A stretch of 64,000 bases of DNA from Candidatus Poribacteria bacterium (GCA_965205015.1 OZ242029.1:1952001-2016000), one strand, 5' to 3'. Positions 18,251-28,050 are shown, counted from the stretch's first letter. Notes: generated by a model from the sequence alone, not told the origin. Program-made: numbers and translations.

Positions 18251-18991
18251 TCAAATGAAGTTTTCTTCCTTCAGGCTAACAAAAATCCCATCGCCGATGA
18301 TAATGTGATCCAACACTTTTATCCCAATCTGATTTCCAGCCTCAATCAACTGTTTTGTTGCCCGAATGTCCTCTTGACTCGGCTGAGGATCGCCGGATGG
18401 ATGATTGTGAACAAGAATAATTGAATTCGCTGACTCCTCAATAGCGAATCGGAAAATTTCGCGTGGGTGAAAAACACTCGCGTTTAGTGTGCCTTCAAAG
18501 ACTGTTCCTTCTGATATTAATTTTTTACCCCAAGTCAAGTCATCACTGTCATCACCAGTGAGACCTTTGGTTGTCACCCCACCTTTGGTATCAAGGCATA
18601 GGACACAAACGATTTCCTTCTGTAGGTACCGCATTCTGGACATCATCAGATCAGCGACATCAGCGGGAGATGTAATTTTATCGCGATCGGCGTGGAAACG
18701 CGCCAATCGTTTGCCGAGTTCAAGTGCCGCGGCGATCTGTGCTGCTTTTGCTTCGCCAATACCTTTAATCTTCTCAAATTGTTTGGATCTGTGATCCGCC
18801 ATCCGCTTCAAATCGCCTTCAACCGCCATAAGAATCTGCTCACCGAGTTGAATAGCGGATGTCCCTTGGAAACCACTTTTGAGGATGATAGCCAAAAGTT
18901 CAGAATCTTTCAGGATCTCCGGTCCATATTTGTGGAGCCTTTCGCGGGGACGTTCATCCACTGGGAGATCCTTAATTCGTACTTTATACAT
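18251..18991 (-). CDS. radC: RadC / JAB-domain protein
   Basis: ERPRERL, ELLAIIL, IKGIGEAKA, HPREIF, HNHPSGDPQPSQED and LDHIIIG motifs. Confidence 0.93.
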   Translation of the reverse strand: MYKVRIKDLPVDERPRERLHKYGPEILKDSELLAIILKSGFQGTSAIQLGEQILMAVEGDLKRMADHRSKQFEKIKGIGEAKAAQIAAALELGKRLARFHADRDKITSPADVADLMMSRMRYLQKEIVCVLCLDTKGGVTTKGLTGDDSDDLTWGKKLISEGTVFEGTLNASVFHPREIFRFAIEESANSIILVHNHPSGDPQPSQEDIRATKQLIEAGNQIGIKVLDHIIIGDGIFVSLKEENFI

Positions 18992-19090
18992 CGCGTTCCT
19001 TCCTGGTAATAGAAATTCGCCAACATTATATCCTATTTCGCAGATAAAAACAAACGAAATCTGATAGCAAAGTTAAATTTAAATTGAAGG

Positions 19091-19119
19091 TTGACAAATA
19101 TTTTCAAATAGTGTAAAAT
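19091..19119 (+). promoter_or_regulatory. sigma70 promoter for the STAS/signalling operon
   Basis: TTGACA-N17-TAAAAT with TG upstream of the -10 box. Confidence 0.7.
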
Positions 19120-19174
19120 TAAAGGCGTGCATCGAAATTTCAGTCTTTCAGCAAATAGAAAAGGAGACGCAATC

Positions 19175-19522
19175 ATGGCAACTACGATTCGCCAGAAAGA
19201 TGGTGTTGCAATCTTAGAACCGAGTGGAAAAATAATGGGATCCTCAGTATCGGAATTACGAGAGGCAATCACCTCACAGATTGATGCCTCGGATGCGCCA
19301 CGCATTCTCATTAATTTCGATCGGGTCAATATGATGGATAGTTCAGGTCTCGGCACGCTGATGGGTGCCCATGTCGCCGCAACGCGAAAGAAAGGACGTA
19401 TCGGTGTCATCAACGTCGGAACAAACATCAAAAATCTGATTGTTCGCAGTCGGCTCGTCAGTATCTTTGAACATTTCGATACCGAGGACGCTGCAGTTTC
19501 GGCACTCTCAAGCGAAAGTTAA
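19175..19522 (+). CDS. STAS-domain anti-sigma-factor antagonist
   Basis: MMDSSGLGTL phospho-Ser motif. RBS AGGAG precedes ATG 19175. Confidence 0.9.
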   Translation: MATTIRQKDGVAILEPSGKIMGSSVSELREAITSQIDASDAPRILINFDRVNMMDSSGLGTLMGAHVAATRKKGRIGVINVGTNIKNLIVRSRLVSIFEHFDTEDAAVSALSSES

Positions 19523-19586
19523 GTGCCGTGATTGGGACAGTCCACCCATAACCTAAACGTGTAATAGCATTAGGAGTACGTACACT

Positions 19587-19940
19587 ATGGTAATCACCGT
19601 GTCTGAGAAAGAAGGGGTCATTATTTTCAGACTGAGCGGCAGAATTATCGCCCCAGGGGTCAAAGAGGTATCGCGAACTGTTGAGGAGGCACTCGCAGTG
19701 CACTCCTCATCTCCGAGACTCGTGTTTGACTTTAAAGACGTAACCGGAATGGACAGCTCTGGGCTGGGGGTTCTTATGAAAATCTATTCCGATATCCACC
19801 CGCGCGGGGGGAAAATCGCAGTGATTAATGTCAATAAACATGTCAAAAACCTCATCGTCATGGCTCGCTTAATCACCGTCTTTAAAAACTTTGAGAGTGA
19901 AGAAGATGCTGTTGCTGGCTTGCTACAGCACGCCGAGTGA
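19587..19940 (+). CDS. STAS-domain anti-sigma-factor antagonist (paralogue)
   Basis: GMDSSGLGVL motif. Similar to the upstream STAS gene. Confidence 0.9.
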   Translation: MVITVSEKEGVIIFRLSGRIIAPGVKEVSRTVEEALAVHSSSPRLVFDFKDVTGMDSSGLGVLMKIYSDIHPRGGKIAVINVNKHVKNLIVMARLITVFKNFESEEDAVAGLLQHAE

Positions 19941-20042
19941 GATTCAGACGAATCTTAGTTTTATTGTCGCGAGAGAGGCTTTGCTAACATCGAAAATTTC
20001 TGGGTAAAGTTCTACTCCCTCGCATCTATAAGGGAATGTCTC

Positions 20043-20804
20043 ATGATAAAAAATATCCTCGTTGCCATCGGCGATACGGATTACGAGAAAAATGCCTTTG
20101 AGTACGCCGGACAACTGGCAGTCCTTTTAGGAACACATTTGTCATGTGTTTTCTTTCAAGACAGCCAGCACGGTGGAAACGCTGATGTCGCAGAGACCGT
20201 CATACGTCGAACTGAGACGGAGTGCTCACTCTACGATTTCTTGGATTATCACGTTGAATCTGTCGCTGGCAATCCACGACAGATGATCTGCGAAAAAGCA
20301 CATTCTGCCGATCTTGTTGTTGTCGGACTTCCGGAAGATATAAGAAAGCGTCGCCTCAAACTTATCCAGAGCCAGATCGACGACGTGCTCCTCCACATCA
20401 CGAGACCTATTATTGTGGTCCACGAACAATGCACACTCTTGCGGAAAATACTCGCTGTGCATCATGGAGATGCCTATTCTGATCATGCCTTGGGACTCGT
20501 CGCCGAAATCGGGGAGTTAACAAAAGCCGGAATATTGGGACTCGCGCTTTCAAGCACACAGCAGGAGGCAACCGAGATTAAGCAGCAGATGGAGGCTTAT
20601 CTGAAATATTATGACGTTCAAACTGACTTCCTCACTGCTCGCGGCTTTACGGTAACAAACATCTTGGAAAACGCAGAGAAAAATGATTGCGACCTCATTG
20701 CACTGAGCGCGAGTCATCATGGAAGATTGTACGAGCTTGTTTTCCAAAGTACTACCCAAAGCGTTGTAAAAGTCGCAAACCGGGCAGTTCTCGTAACCAC
20801 ATAG
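20043..20804 (+). CDS. Universal stress protein (tandem USP domains)
   Basis: MIKNILVA start, ADLVVVG, RPIIVV, CDLIALSA...STTQSVV...AVLV. Confidence 0.85.
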   Translation: MIKNILVAIGDTDYEKNAFEYAGQLAVLLGTHLSCVFFQDSQHGGNADVAETVIRRTETECSLYDFLDYHVESVAGNPRQMICEKAHSADLVVVGLPEDIRKRRLKLIQSQIDDVLLHITRPIIVVHEQCTLLRKILAVHHGDAYSDHALGLVAEIGELTKAGILGLALSSTQQEATEIKQQMEAYLKYYDVQTDFLTARGFTVTNILENAEKNDCDLIALSASHHGRLYELVFQSTTQSVVKVANRAVLVTT

Positions 20805-20854
20805 ATTTACGTGACGCACGAGGTGCACTTACCTCGCATCTTGTGGAGGTAAAC

Positions 20855-22396
20855 ATGAAGCTTAAAGACACAACTGGAAAGCACATATTAACCGATGAAA
20901 TCATTGAAACAAACTGCTTCTTAGAGATTTCTACGGATATGTTCGGGTATATCAGTTGTGACGGGAGTTTCGTCGCACTCAACTCGGTATGGGAAGAAAT
21001 TCTTGGGTTTACACGGTTAGAACTTCAGAACTCCGAATGGTCCGCACGCATACATCCCGAGGATCGGGAGGAAATGCTGAACAAGATCGAAAAGGTGAAA
21101 ACAGGAAAACGCGTAACACCCTTTGAAAACCGGTTTCAGTGCAAGGACGCGTCCTACAGATGGCTAAGATGGCGCGCAATAAAAGATGCCGAAAGACAAC
21201 GCTGTTACGTCGTCGCAACCGATATAACGCCCCGAAAACAGTTAGAAGCGAAATTGAAAGAGAGTGAAACCCGATTCCAGCAATTGGCAGCGCAACATGT
21301 CCAAGAAGCTGATCTGTTGCATACCTTGATGGAAAATACCCCTGACCACATCTATTTCAAGGATACTGAGAGTAGATTTATACGAATCAATCGCTCTTTA
21401 GCAGATCGGTTCGGTCTAAGAAATCCTGTAGAGGCAGTCCAGAAAACCGACTTTGACTTCTTCACCCGTGAACACGCACAACAGGCATATCAGGACGAGC
21501 AGGATGTCATTGAATCTGGAAAACCAATTGAGGCAAAACAGGAAAGAGAGACCTGGCCAAATGAACAGGATACTTGGGTCTCAACGACTAAAGTCCCGAT
21601 TCGAGATAGAGAGGGACGTATCGTAGGAACATGTGGTATTTCACGGGACATAACTGAGTACTATCGCGCCCAACAAGCCGTTGAGTACGCAAGCCGTGCC
21701 AAAAGTGATTTCCTCGCAAACATGAGTCATGAACTGCGCACGCCTCTGAATGCGATCATTGGATTCGCTGAAATTCTACGCGATGAACTCGTCGGAAGCA
21801 TTAACGACGAGCAAAGGGAGTGCATTAATGATATTCACATTAGTGGCGAACATTTGCTCGAAATGATCAATGACATCCTTGACCTTTCAAAGATCGAAGC
21901 TGGGAAAATGGCACTCCAATTGGAGACGTTCTCTATTGTTGAAGCTGTTGAGGAAGTCAACGCCATTATCAGCGCACTCGCTGTAAAGAAAAACCTCAAC
22001 CTTACCTTGAACTATAACCAGAACGGTATGATTGAAGCCGACCGGGTTAAATTCAAGCAGATTTTCTATAACCTACTCTCCAATGCAGTGAAGTTCACCC
22101 CAGAAGGCGGTAGAGTCGCAACACAACTGGACGTTGGAACGACAGAATTGCGAGCCGAGGTTATTGATACCGGTATAGGTATCTCTGAAGCGGATCAGGC
22201 GAAACTCTTCGCACCCTTTACGCAAATTGATACGTCAAAATCCCGACGGTACGGTGGAACAGGACTCGGTTTAGCCTTGACACACAGGCTTATCATGTTG
22301 CACGGTGGCGAAATTAGTGTGACAAGCCAAGAAGGAGATGGGAGTAATTTCACTCTGAAAATCCCCCTTCAACGCCCTTCACGCATTAAAGCGTGA
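20855..22396 (+). CDS. Cytoplasmic PAS-PAS sensor histidine kinase
   Basis: Two PAS domains, H-box FLANMSHELRTPL, N-box NLLSNAVKFT, DTGIGI and GGTGLGL. RBS GGAGG precedes ATG 20855. Confidence 0.93.
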   Translation: MKLKDTTGKHILTDEIIETNCFLEISTDMFGYISCDGSFVALNSVWEEILGFTRLELQNSEWSARIHPEDREEMLNKIEKVKTGKRVTPFENRFQCKDASYRWLRWRAIKDAERQRCYVVATDITPRKQLEAKLKESETRFQQLAAQHVQEADLLHTLMENTPDHIYFKDTESRFIRINRSLADRFGLRNPVEAVQKTDFDFFTREHAQQAYQDEQDVIESGKPIEAKQERETWPNEQDTWVSTTKVPIRDREGRIVGTCGISRDITEYYRAQQAVEYASRAKSDFLANMSHELRTPLNAIIGFAEILRDELVGSINDEQRECINDIHISGEHLLEMINDILDLSKIEAGKMALQLETFSIVEAVEEVNAIISALAVKKNLNLTLNYNQNGMIEADRVKFKQIFYNLLSNAVKFTPEGGRVATQLDVGTTELRAEVIDTGIGISEADQAKLFAPFTQIDTSKSRRYGGTGLGLALTHRLIMLHGGEISVTSQEGDGSNFTLKIPLQRPSRIKA

Positions 22397-22498
22397 ACGC
22401 AACAGAGGTCTAAAACGGACATAGAACAAATAAGACAGAAGATTTGGCACCGCAACTTCGGTTCATTTCATAACGACTGGTTTGATAAAAGGCAACCT

Positions 22499-22930
22499 GT
22501 GAAAACTGAAAATCTACCCCCAGCCGGAGAACAGGTAGGAACGCAAAAGCGGATCTTGGTGATTGAAGACCAAGAGTTGAACCGCAAAGTTGTGCGGATC
22601 GTCCTACAATCAAGGGGGTATATAGTCGTTGAAGCGACGGATGCTACGGAAGCACTCGCAAGTTTGGAAGATGCAATACCCCAGCTCATTCTCATGGATA
22701 TTGCCTTACCTGGGCAAAGCGGCGAAGATTTAACAAGACGGATTAAAGCCAATCTTGCGTGGGTAGATATACCAATTATTGCCCTGACAGCCGCAGCTAT
22801 GTCCGGGGACAGGGAACGCATCCTCAAAGCTGGATGCGATGATTATCTCAGTAAACCTATCGACATCAAGGTGTTGGTGGAACGTGTAGAGACTCACATC
22901 AAGAGGACAGAGACATGCACGAGGAAGTAA
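22499..22930 (+). CDS. Single-domain response regulator (CheY/DivK-like)
   Basis: LVIED, LILMDIALP, IIALTA and DDYLSKP motifs. Confidence 0.9.
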   Translation: MKTENLPPAGEQVGTQKRILVIEDQELNRKVVRIVLQSRGYIVVEATDATEALASLEDAIPQLILMDIALPGQSGEDLTRRIKANLAWVDIPIIALTAAAMSGDRERILKAGCDDYLSKPIDIKVLVERVETHIKRTETCTRK

Positions 22931-24105
22931 GTCCTGAACAGCAAGATGGCGCGAAAATCCTTGTCGTTGATGATGAACCCAAAAATGTTAGAATTCTCCA
23001 AATTCACCTCAACGCACGAGGGTATACAGTCTACACAGCCGCAGATGGACTTGAGGCACTTAATACCGTCGAAAAAGAAATGCCAGATCTCATCTTGTTG
23101 GACATCAACATGCCGAGAATGGATGGGTTTGAAGTTGTTAAACGAATCCGATCGAACGAGGCTACCGAATTCATTCCCATTGTGATGATAACCGCTCTAC
23201 GGGACACCCGCGAAAATCGAATTAAGTCCATTGAAGCAGGGGCTGATGACTTTATTGAGAAACCTTTCGATAGTTTAGAGGTACTCGCCCGAGTGCGTTC
23301 GCTCTTGCGAATTAAACGCTACCAAGATACACTCGCAGAATATAATACCCGCTTGCAAGAAGAACTCCAAATGGCACGAAGCATTCAAGAAATTCTGATC
23401 CCTCAGAATGGTGTGCAGGAATTGTCGGGATTTCGGATCGCTTCACACTGTCGTCCTGAAATGGCAGTCGGTGGAGATTTTTTTGACATCTGGGAAATCG
23501 CACCGAATCGACTCGGTGTTTTTATTTCTGATGTTATGGGACATGGGGTTTCTGCGGCTTTCGTAACAGTCTTCATTAAAACAATTTTGGCGGAATTCCA
23601 GCAGCAAATCGAAGATAATCCAGGATATCTGCTTGAAATACTAAACACCCGTTTCAATGATCTGATTAGTTCACGACTGTTCATGTTTGCAACAGCCTTT
23701 TGTGGGCTCATTGACCTTGATAAAGGCGAACTCATCTGTGCAAACGCCGGGCATTCATTCCCATTTTTGTACAATACCGAGCAACAGACATACCAAGCTA
23801 TTGGCGATCAACACACAGGAAATGGGTTGGGCATTTGGCGGGATTCGGTTTATGAAACGATACATTATCCATTTGATCGGTCGAGCAGAATGTTCCTTTA
23901 TACCGACGGTGTTTACGAAGCCAAAAACCCACAAGGCGAGGAATTTACGGTAGATCGCCTCCAAAAATTAGTCTGTACATACGCAAAAAAATCTGCCGCA
24001 GGCCTCATCACCAGCGTCTCGGAAGCAATTGATGCCTTCACCGACAACTGTCCAAAAGACGACGATCTAACATTTATCGCTATTGAAGTTTCAGGGGAAG
24101 ATTAA
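22915..24105 (+). CDS. Response regulator-PP2C (SpoIIE/RsbU-like) Ser phosphatase
   Basis: REC domain followed by VGGDFFD, SDVMGHG, NAGH, LYTDGVYE and DDDLT. Confidence 0.93.
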   Translation: MHEEVSPEQQDGAKILVVDDEPKNVRILQIHLNARGYTVYTAADGLEALNTVEKEMPDLILLDINMPRMDGFEVVKRIRSNEATEFIPIVMITALRDTRENRIKSIEAGADDFIEKPFDSLEVLARVRSLLRIKRYQDTLAEYNTRLQEELQMARSIQEILIPQNGVQELSGFRIASHCRPEMAVGGDFFDIWEIAPNRLGVFISDVMGHGVSAAFVTVFIKTILAEFQQQIEDNPGYLLEILNTRFNDLISSRLFMFATAFCGLIDLDKGELICANAGHSFPFLYNTEQQTYQAIGDQHTGNGLGIWRDSVYETIHYPFDRSSRMFLYTDGVYEAKNPQGEEFTVDRLQKLVCTYAKKSAAGLITSVSEAIDAFTDNCPKDDDLTFIAIEVSGED

Positions 24106-24557
24106 ATTTCGATATCTTTTGGTTTTAAAAAACGAAAAACGACTCGAACATCGGTGCCACCTGCCGCATTCGGTCGCATTTCATGCATATCCGAAAGAGA
24201 TTTAGCGATGAAAATGCCGTGTCCGCTCTCATTGTTTGGGGAACGGTTCATCTCAATCTCTGAAAGCCTTTCGTGTGTTAGCCAACTCTTTTCCCCCGCA
24301 TGCCGAGTCCCCGTATCCCTTACTACAATTTCAAGGGCATGTGTATCAATACGGATACACAATTTAACGCCAACTGTCGCATTAACCGAGCCATGATGCA
24401 CTGCATTGCTACAGATTTCGTCAAGCACGAGTTGAATGTCTGCTACGCGTTTTCTGGAGAATCCGAGGCTTTTTGCGAGGTTGCCAACAAATGCCCGAAC
24501 AGGTTCTATATAAAAGGCAGCACTCGGAATTTGAAGTTGAATATCTGCTTGCGCCAT
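24102..24557 (-). CDS. Anti-sigma factor Ser kinase (RsbW/SpoIIAB-like HATPase)
   Basis: DEICSNAVHHG, VRDTG and ESGHGIFI motifs. Confidence 0.88.
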   Translation of the reverse strand: MAQADIQLQIPSAAFYIEPVRAFVGNLAKSLGFSRKRVADIQLVLDEICSNAVHHGSVNATVGVKLCIRIDTHALEIVVRDTGTRHAGEKSWLTHERLSEIEMNRSPNNESGHGIFIAKSLSDMHEMRPNAAGGTDVRVVFRFLKPKDIEI

Positions 24558-24575
24558 GTACTAAATTTACTTTGA

Positions 24576-24920
24576 TTAAAACGCTGCGAGGGCACTGTTT
24601 TCTGATTCGTAGATTTCGACGACGCTGGATGCGCCGATGAGATTAAAAGTCCGTGTTAAGTTGTCTGCAAGGGCGCAAATTTTAAGGTCACCACCACTCT
24701 GGCGAAGCCGTTTTGCAACACCTACCAAGGCACCCACAGCCGTGCTGTTTATATGACTCACTTGACTAAGATTCACAACAACCCTCTCAACTTTCTCCGC
24801 TAAGAGTCCTTCAAGCATCTTTCGTAAATCGGATGCTGCGTAACTACTCAAGTCTGTTTTTATTTCAATTATTTTAATACCGGATTCCTCTCGGAGTTTC
24901 ATTAATTTTGTCGAATCCAT
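24576..24920 (-). CDS. STAS anti-sigma-factor antagonist (RsbV-like)
   Basis: VVVNLSQVSHINSTAVGAL...GGDLKI. Co-oriented with the anti-sigma gene. RBS GGGAGG precedes ATG 24920. Confidence 0.88.
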   Translation of the reverse strand: MDSTKLMKLREESGIKIIEIKTDLSSYAASDLRKMLEGLLAEKVERVVVNLSQVSHINSTAVGALVGVAKRLRQSGGDLKICALADNLTRTFNLIGASSVVEIYESENSALAAF

Positions 24921-25225
24921 AGAAATCACCTCCCATAGATTAAAGCCGGTCCTAACTCAAAGAACCATTCTTAAATTCTATCTTAACCCGATAAAAAAAT
25001 CAAGCAAAATTCTGTATGTGAATCGCAAATCACAGAGATATTTTTCTATGGCAGGGCTGTCTCACAATTAAATCATATCAATTAAAAAATTATTGTTGAT
25101 TTTCTTTGTGCATTTATGGTATACTATTATGCAATGGATTTGAAAGTGCCAAAAGCACTTTAGAATATAAGGAGGAACTGGCGGATGAACGCGGTTGCGC
25201 GTTTTTAAATGGACCAGGTATCTTA

Positions 25226-25485
25226 GTCAATAACCCCTGCCTGAAGTCAGGGGCTTGTGGAATATGGTAGCCAAGCCTATAGGTTCTACGAGGGTAACTT
25301 ATTGACTACCGTAACATATCGCGGTGTCTGTGCGTGGCAGCCCAAACGATGTGTGTTAAACGGTAATATTCTGTGGTGGGATATTACCCAAGGATGCTCC
25401 CCAAGTCTCACACCTCTCGGACATTGTGATCGGGATGGGGTAATATATACCCGCAAAAGCGGAGAGCCCGAAAGGGTCATTACCT
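25226..25485 (+). ncRNA. HEARO / IscB-type omegaRNA-like element without an iscB ORF
   Basis: Starts GTCAATAACCCCTGCCTGAAGTCAGGGGCTTG, an IS200/IS605-type terminal hairpin. Then TTGACTACC, GGATGCTCCCCAAGTC...CCTCT, ACATTG...GGGG and terminal hairpins CCGC-AAAA-GCGG and CCC-GAAA-GGG, in the order recalled for omegaRNAs. Confidence 0.65.
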
Positions 25486-25674
25486 GTTTTCTCAAAGACA
25501 TTGTGTCAGGTCAAGTAGATAGGTAGTGCGAGTCCTGTTGAACGAAGCAGCACATCGGAGAGAATCGCCTACATGCTTGTGGCGAAAAAACGGCATGTAC
25601 TTTCTATATCAATAAAATAGGAGACGGGCTTTTCTCCCCCGAATGAATTCAGGGGGTCTCCAGCCCGAAAATTG

Positions 25675-28050
25675 ATGAACAACGAACAGGCAAATACAAA
25701 TGCGTCCACTGTTGATGTGGATGAGGAAAAACATCCGACTGAAGGTTCAGTTGATATGAATCAGGAAGTAGCCAGCGAGACAGAGACTTCAGAAGTTGCA
25801 GAAGCCGCTTCTGCAACCAACGCAGACACTCAGGAGCATGAAGAAGCCACGGACAGTGAAGTGGAAATGAGTGCTGACGACGCTGATACGGATGAAAGTG
25901 CACCCGAAGAGGCGGTAGAAGTGGCTGATAGCGATGCTGATTCCGAACAAACTGACGACGCCGTCCCCGAAGAGGTGATAGAAGTGGCTGATAGCGATGC
26001 TGAAGAAGCAGTCGTAGCCGCCGATGAAACCATACCTGAAGCGGTAGGAGAAGTAGTCGCTGCGGATGCGGATACTGAAGCCCTCGCCTCTGAAGAGGGA
26101 GCGATGGAGGCAGCACCCGAAGAATCAGCCGAACCAATGAGTCCGGAATCTCTCGAAGAAGCGTATGATAATTCGATCAAAGCGTTTACAGATGGCGAAA
26201 TTGTTAAGGGGATCGTCGTAGATGTCAATCGCGATGAAGTCATGATTGACATCGGCTTTAAGTCCGAAGGTTATATCCCAGCATCTGAATTCGATGCTGG
26301 ACAGGACGATTTGCCCACTGTTCAAGTGGGCGATGAGATTGATGTTTATATTGTACGGCGCGAAGACTCCGAAGGACAGATAGTCCTTTCGAAAAAAATC
26401 GCCGATCAAACACTCATTTGGGATGAAATTGCGACCGCGTACGAAGCAGGTACACCCGTCATGGGGCGTATCATCGAACGGATTAAGGGAGGACTACGAG
26501 TCAGCGTTGGGTCTCTCCGAGGTTTTTTACCGGCTTCGCAAGTTGAATTGCGCCCTATCCAGAACCTTGAACAGTATGTAGGACAAACCCTTGAAATGAA
26601 GGTTATCAGCCTGAGTAAGCGGCGGCATAACATTGTTCTGTCGCGGCGGGCTTGGTTGGAAGCCGAACTCGTCCAAAAACGCTCAGAAGTGCTCAGCACG
26701 CTTGAAGTGGGTCAACAGGTGAAAGGCGTGGTAAAAAATATCACCGCTTTTGGAGCTTTTGTTGACTTGGGGGGCGTTGATGGATTACTTCACAAGACAG
26801 ATATGGCATGGAAACGGATACATCATCCCTCTGATGTCGTTTCTGTTGGAGAAGAAATCGCAGTCCAGGTCATCGGTATCAACCAAGAAAATGAGAAAAT
26901 TTCCTTGGGCTTGAAGCAGAAAACTCCCGATCCATGGACAAACATTGAGGAAAAATATCCCGTGGGTTCTACGGTTCGAGGGGTTGTGGTTAATATTGTC
27001 AATTATGGCGCATTTCTACAACTCGAAGAGGGGGTTGAAGGCTTAATTCATGTCTCTGAGATGGCATGGACCCGCCGGAACGTTGCCCCATCAAGAATCG
27101 TCAATAAGGGTGATGAAATTGAAGCCATTGTGCTTGAAATCTCACGGGAGGACAAGCGTATTTCACTTGGGCTCAAACAGTTACAACAGAACCCTTGGGA
27201 ACTTTTGGAAGAGAGATCCCCTGTTGGCAGCAAGATCACCGGACGTATCCGAAATTTAACGAGTTTTGGGGCGTTTGTTGAAATCGAACCGGGAATTGAC
27301 GGTTTAATCCATACCTCAGATCTCTCGTGGACGAAACGGGGGGCTGCAGCCAATGACGAACTTAAGGAAGGCAGTGAAATTGAGGTAGTCGTATTACAGA
27401 TTGACGCCGCTGAACGTAGAGTTTCATTGGGACTCAAGCAGACACAGCCTGATCCATGGGCAGAAGTACCCGAAAAGTACAAGGTCGGTTCTGTTGTCCG
27501 GGGCAAAATTGTCAATCTTACGAGCTTTGGAGCGTTCACCAAGCTTGAGGAGGGGATTGAAGGCTTAATTCACATTTCTGAACTGGCAGACCGACGGATT
27601 GAAAAACCAGAAGAAGTGGTGTCGGTAGGCGATGAGTTAGATTTGAAGGTGATTAATCTGATTCCAAAAGACCGACGGATTGGGTTGAGTTTGAAAGCAC
27701 TCCTGGCAGAGCAAGAACGCGCTGTGGCAACTGAAGAAGAACAGCCAGCGAGAACGCGATCCGAGCGACCCCCTCGATCACGGCGAGAACGGGAATCGCG
27801 ACGGCAAATCCCGGCACGCGAAGAGACTGTGACCACATTGGGCGCATTGCTCAAGGAGGAAATGGGTAAGTCGAACGCGGAGAGTCCTGAAAGCGTCCAG
27901 AACGTTGAGAGTGTGGAGAATTCTGAGAACGTTGAGAGCATCGAAACCGTTGAAAATGTAGAAGATGCTGAGAGCGTCGAGAACACCGAAACCGTTGAGA
28001 GTGTGGAGGGTTCTGAGGACATTGAGGAGACGAAGAACTCTGAGAATTAA
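25675..28050 (+). CDS. rpsA: 30S ribosomal protein S1 with long acidic N- and C-terminal extensions
   Basis: Six S1 domains (DIGFKSEG, GFLPASQV, FGAFVDLGGVDGLLH, YGAFLQLEEGVEGLIHVSEM, etc.). About 160 aa acidic N-terminus and an (E/S/V/N) repeat tail. Confidence 0.96.
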   Translation: MNNEQANTNASTVDVDEEKHPTEGSVDMNQEVASETETSEVAEAASATNADTQEHEEATDSEVEMSADDADTDESAPEEAVEVADSDADSEQTDDAVPEEVIEVADSDAEEAVVAADETIPEAVGEVVAADADTEALASEEGAMEAAPEESAEPMSPESLEEAYDNSIKAFTDGEIVKGIVVDVNRDEVMIDIGFKSEGYIPASEFDAGQDDLPTVQVGDEIDVYIVRREDSEGQIVLSKKIADQTLIWDEIATAYEAGTPVMGRIIERIKGGLRVSVGSLRGFLPASQVELRPIQNLEQYVGQTLEMKVISLSKRRHNIVLSRRAWLEAELVQKRSEVLSTLEVGQQVKGVVKNITAFGAFVDLGGVDGLLHKTDMAWKRIHHPSDVVSVGEEIAVQVIGINQENEKISLGLKQKTPDPWTNIEEKYPVGSTVRGVVVNIVNYGAFLQLEEGVEGLIHVSEMAWTRRNVAPSRIVNKGDEIEAIVLEISREDKRISLGLKQLQQNPWELLEERSPVGSKITGRIRNLTSFGAFVEIEPGIDGLIHTSDLSWTKRGAAANDELKEGSEIEVVVLQIDAAERRVSLGLKQTQPDPWAEVPEKYKVGSVVRGKIVNLTSFGAFTKLEEGIEGLIHISELADRRIEKPEEVVSVGDELDLKVINLIPKDRRIGLSLKALLAEQERAVATEEEQPARTRSERPPRSRRERESRRQIPAREETVTTLGALLKEEMGKSNAESPESVQNVESVENSENVESIETVENVEDAESVENTETVESVEGSEDIEETKNSEN
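27880..28047 (+). repeat. Degenerate 9/18-bp coding repeats in the rpsA tail (ES-VEN-type units)
   Basis: Repeated GTTGAGAGTGTGGAG / GAAACCGTTGA units encoding ESVQNVESVENSENVESIETVENVEDAESVENTETVESVE. Confidence 0.7.

Noticed and set aside
25257-25526. 89-aa ORF upstream of rpsA as an iscB remnant
   Set aside because: It overlaps the RNA-like scaffold and shows no PLMP, RuvC or HNH motifs.
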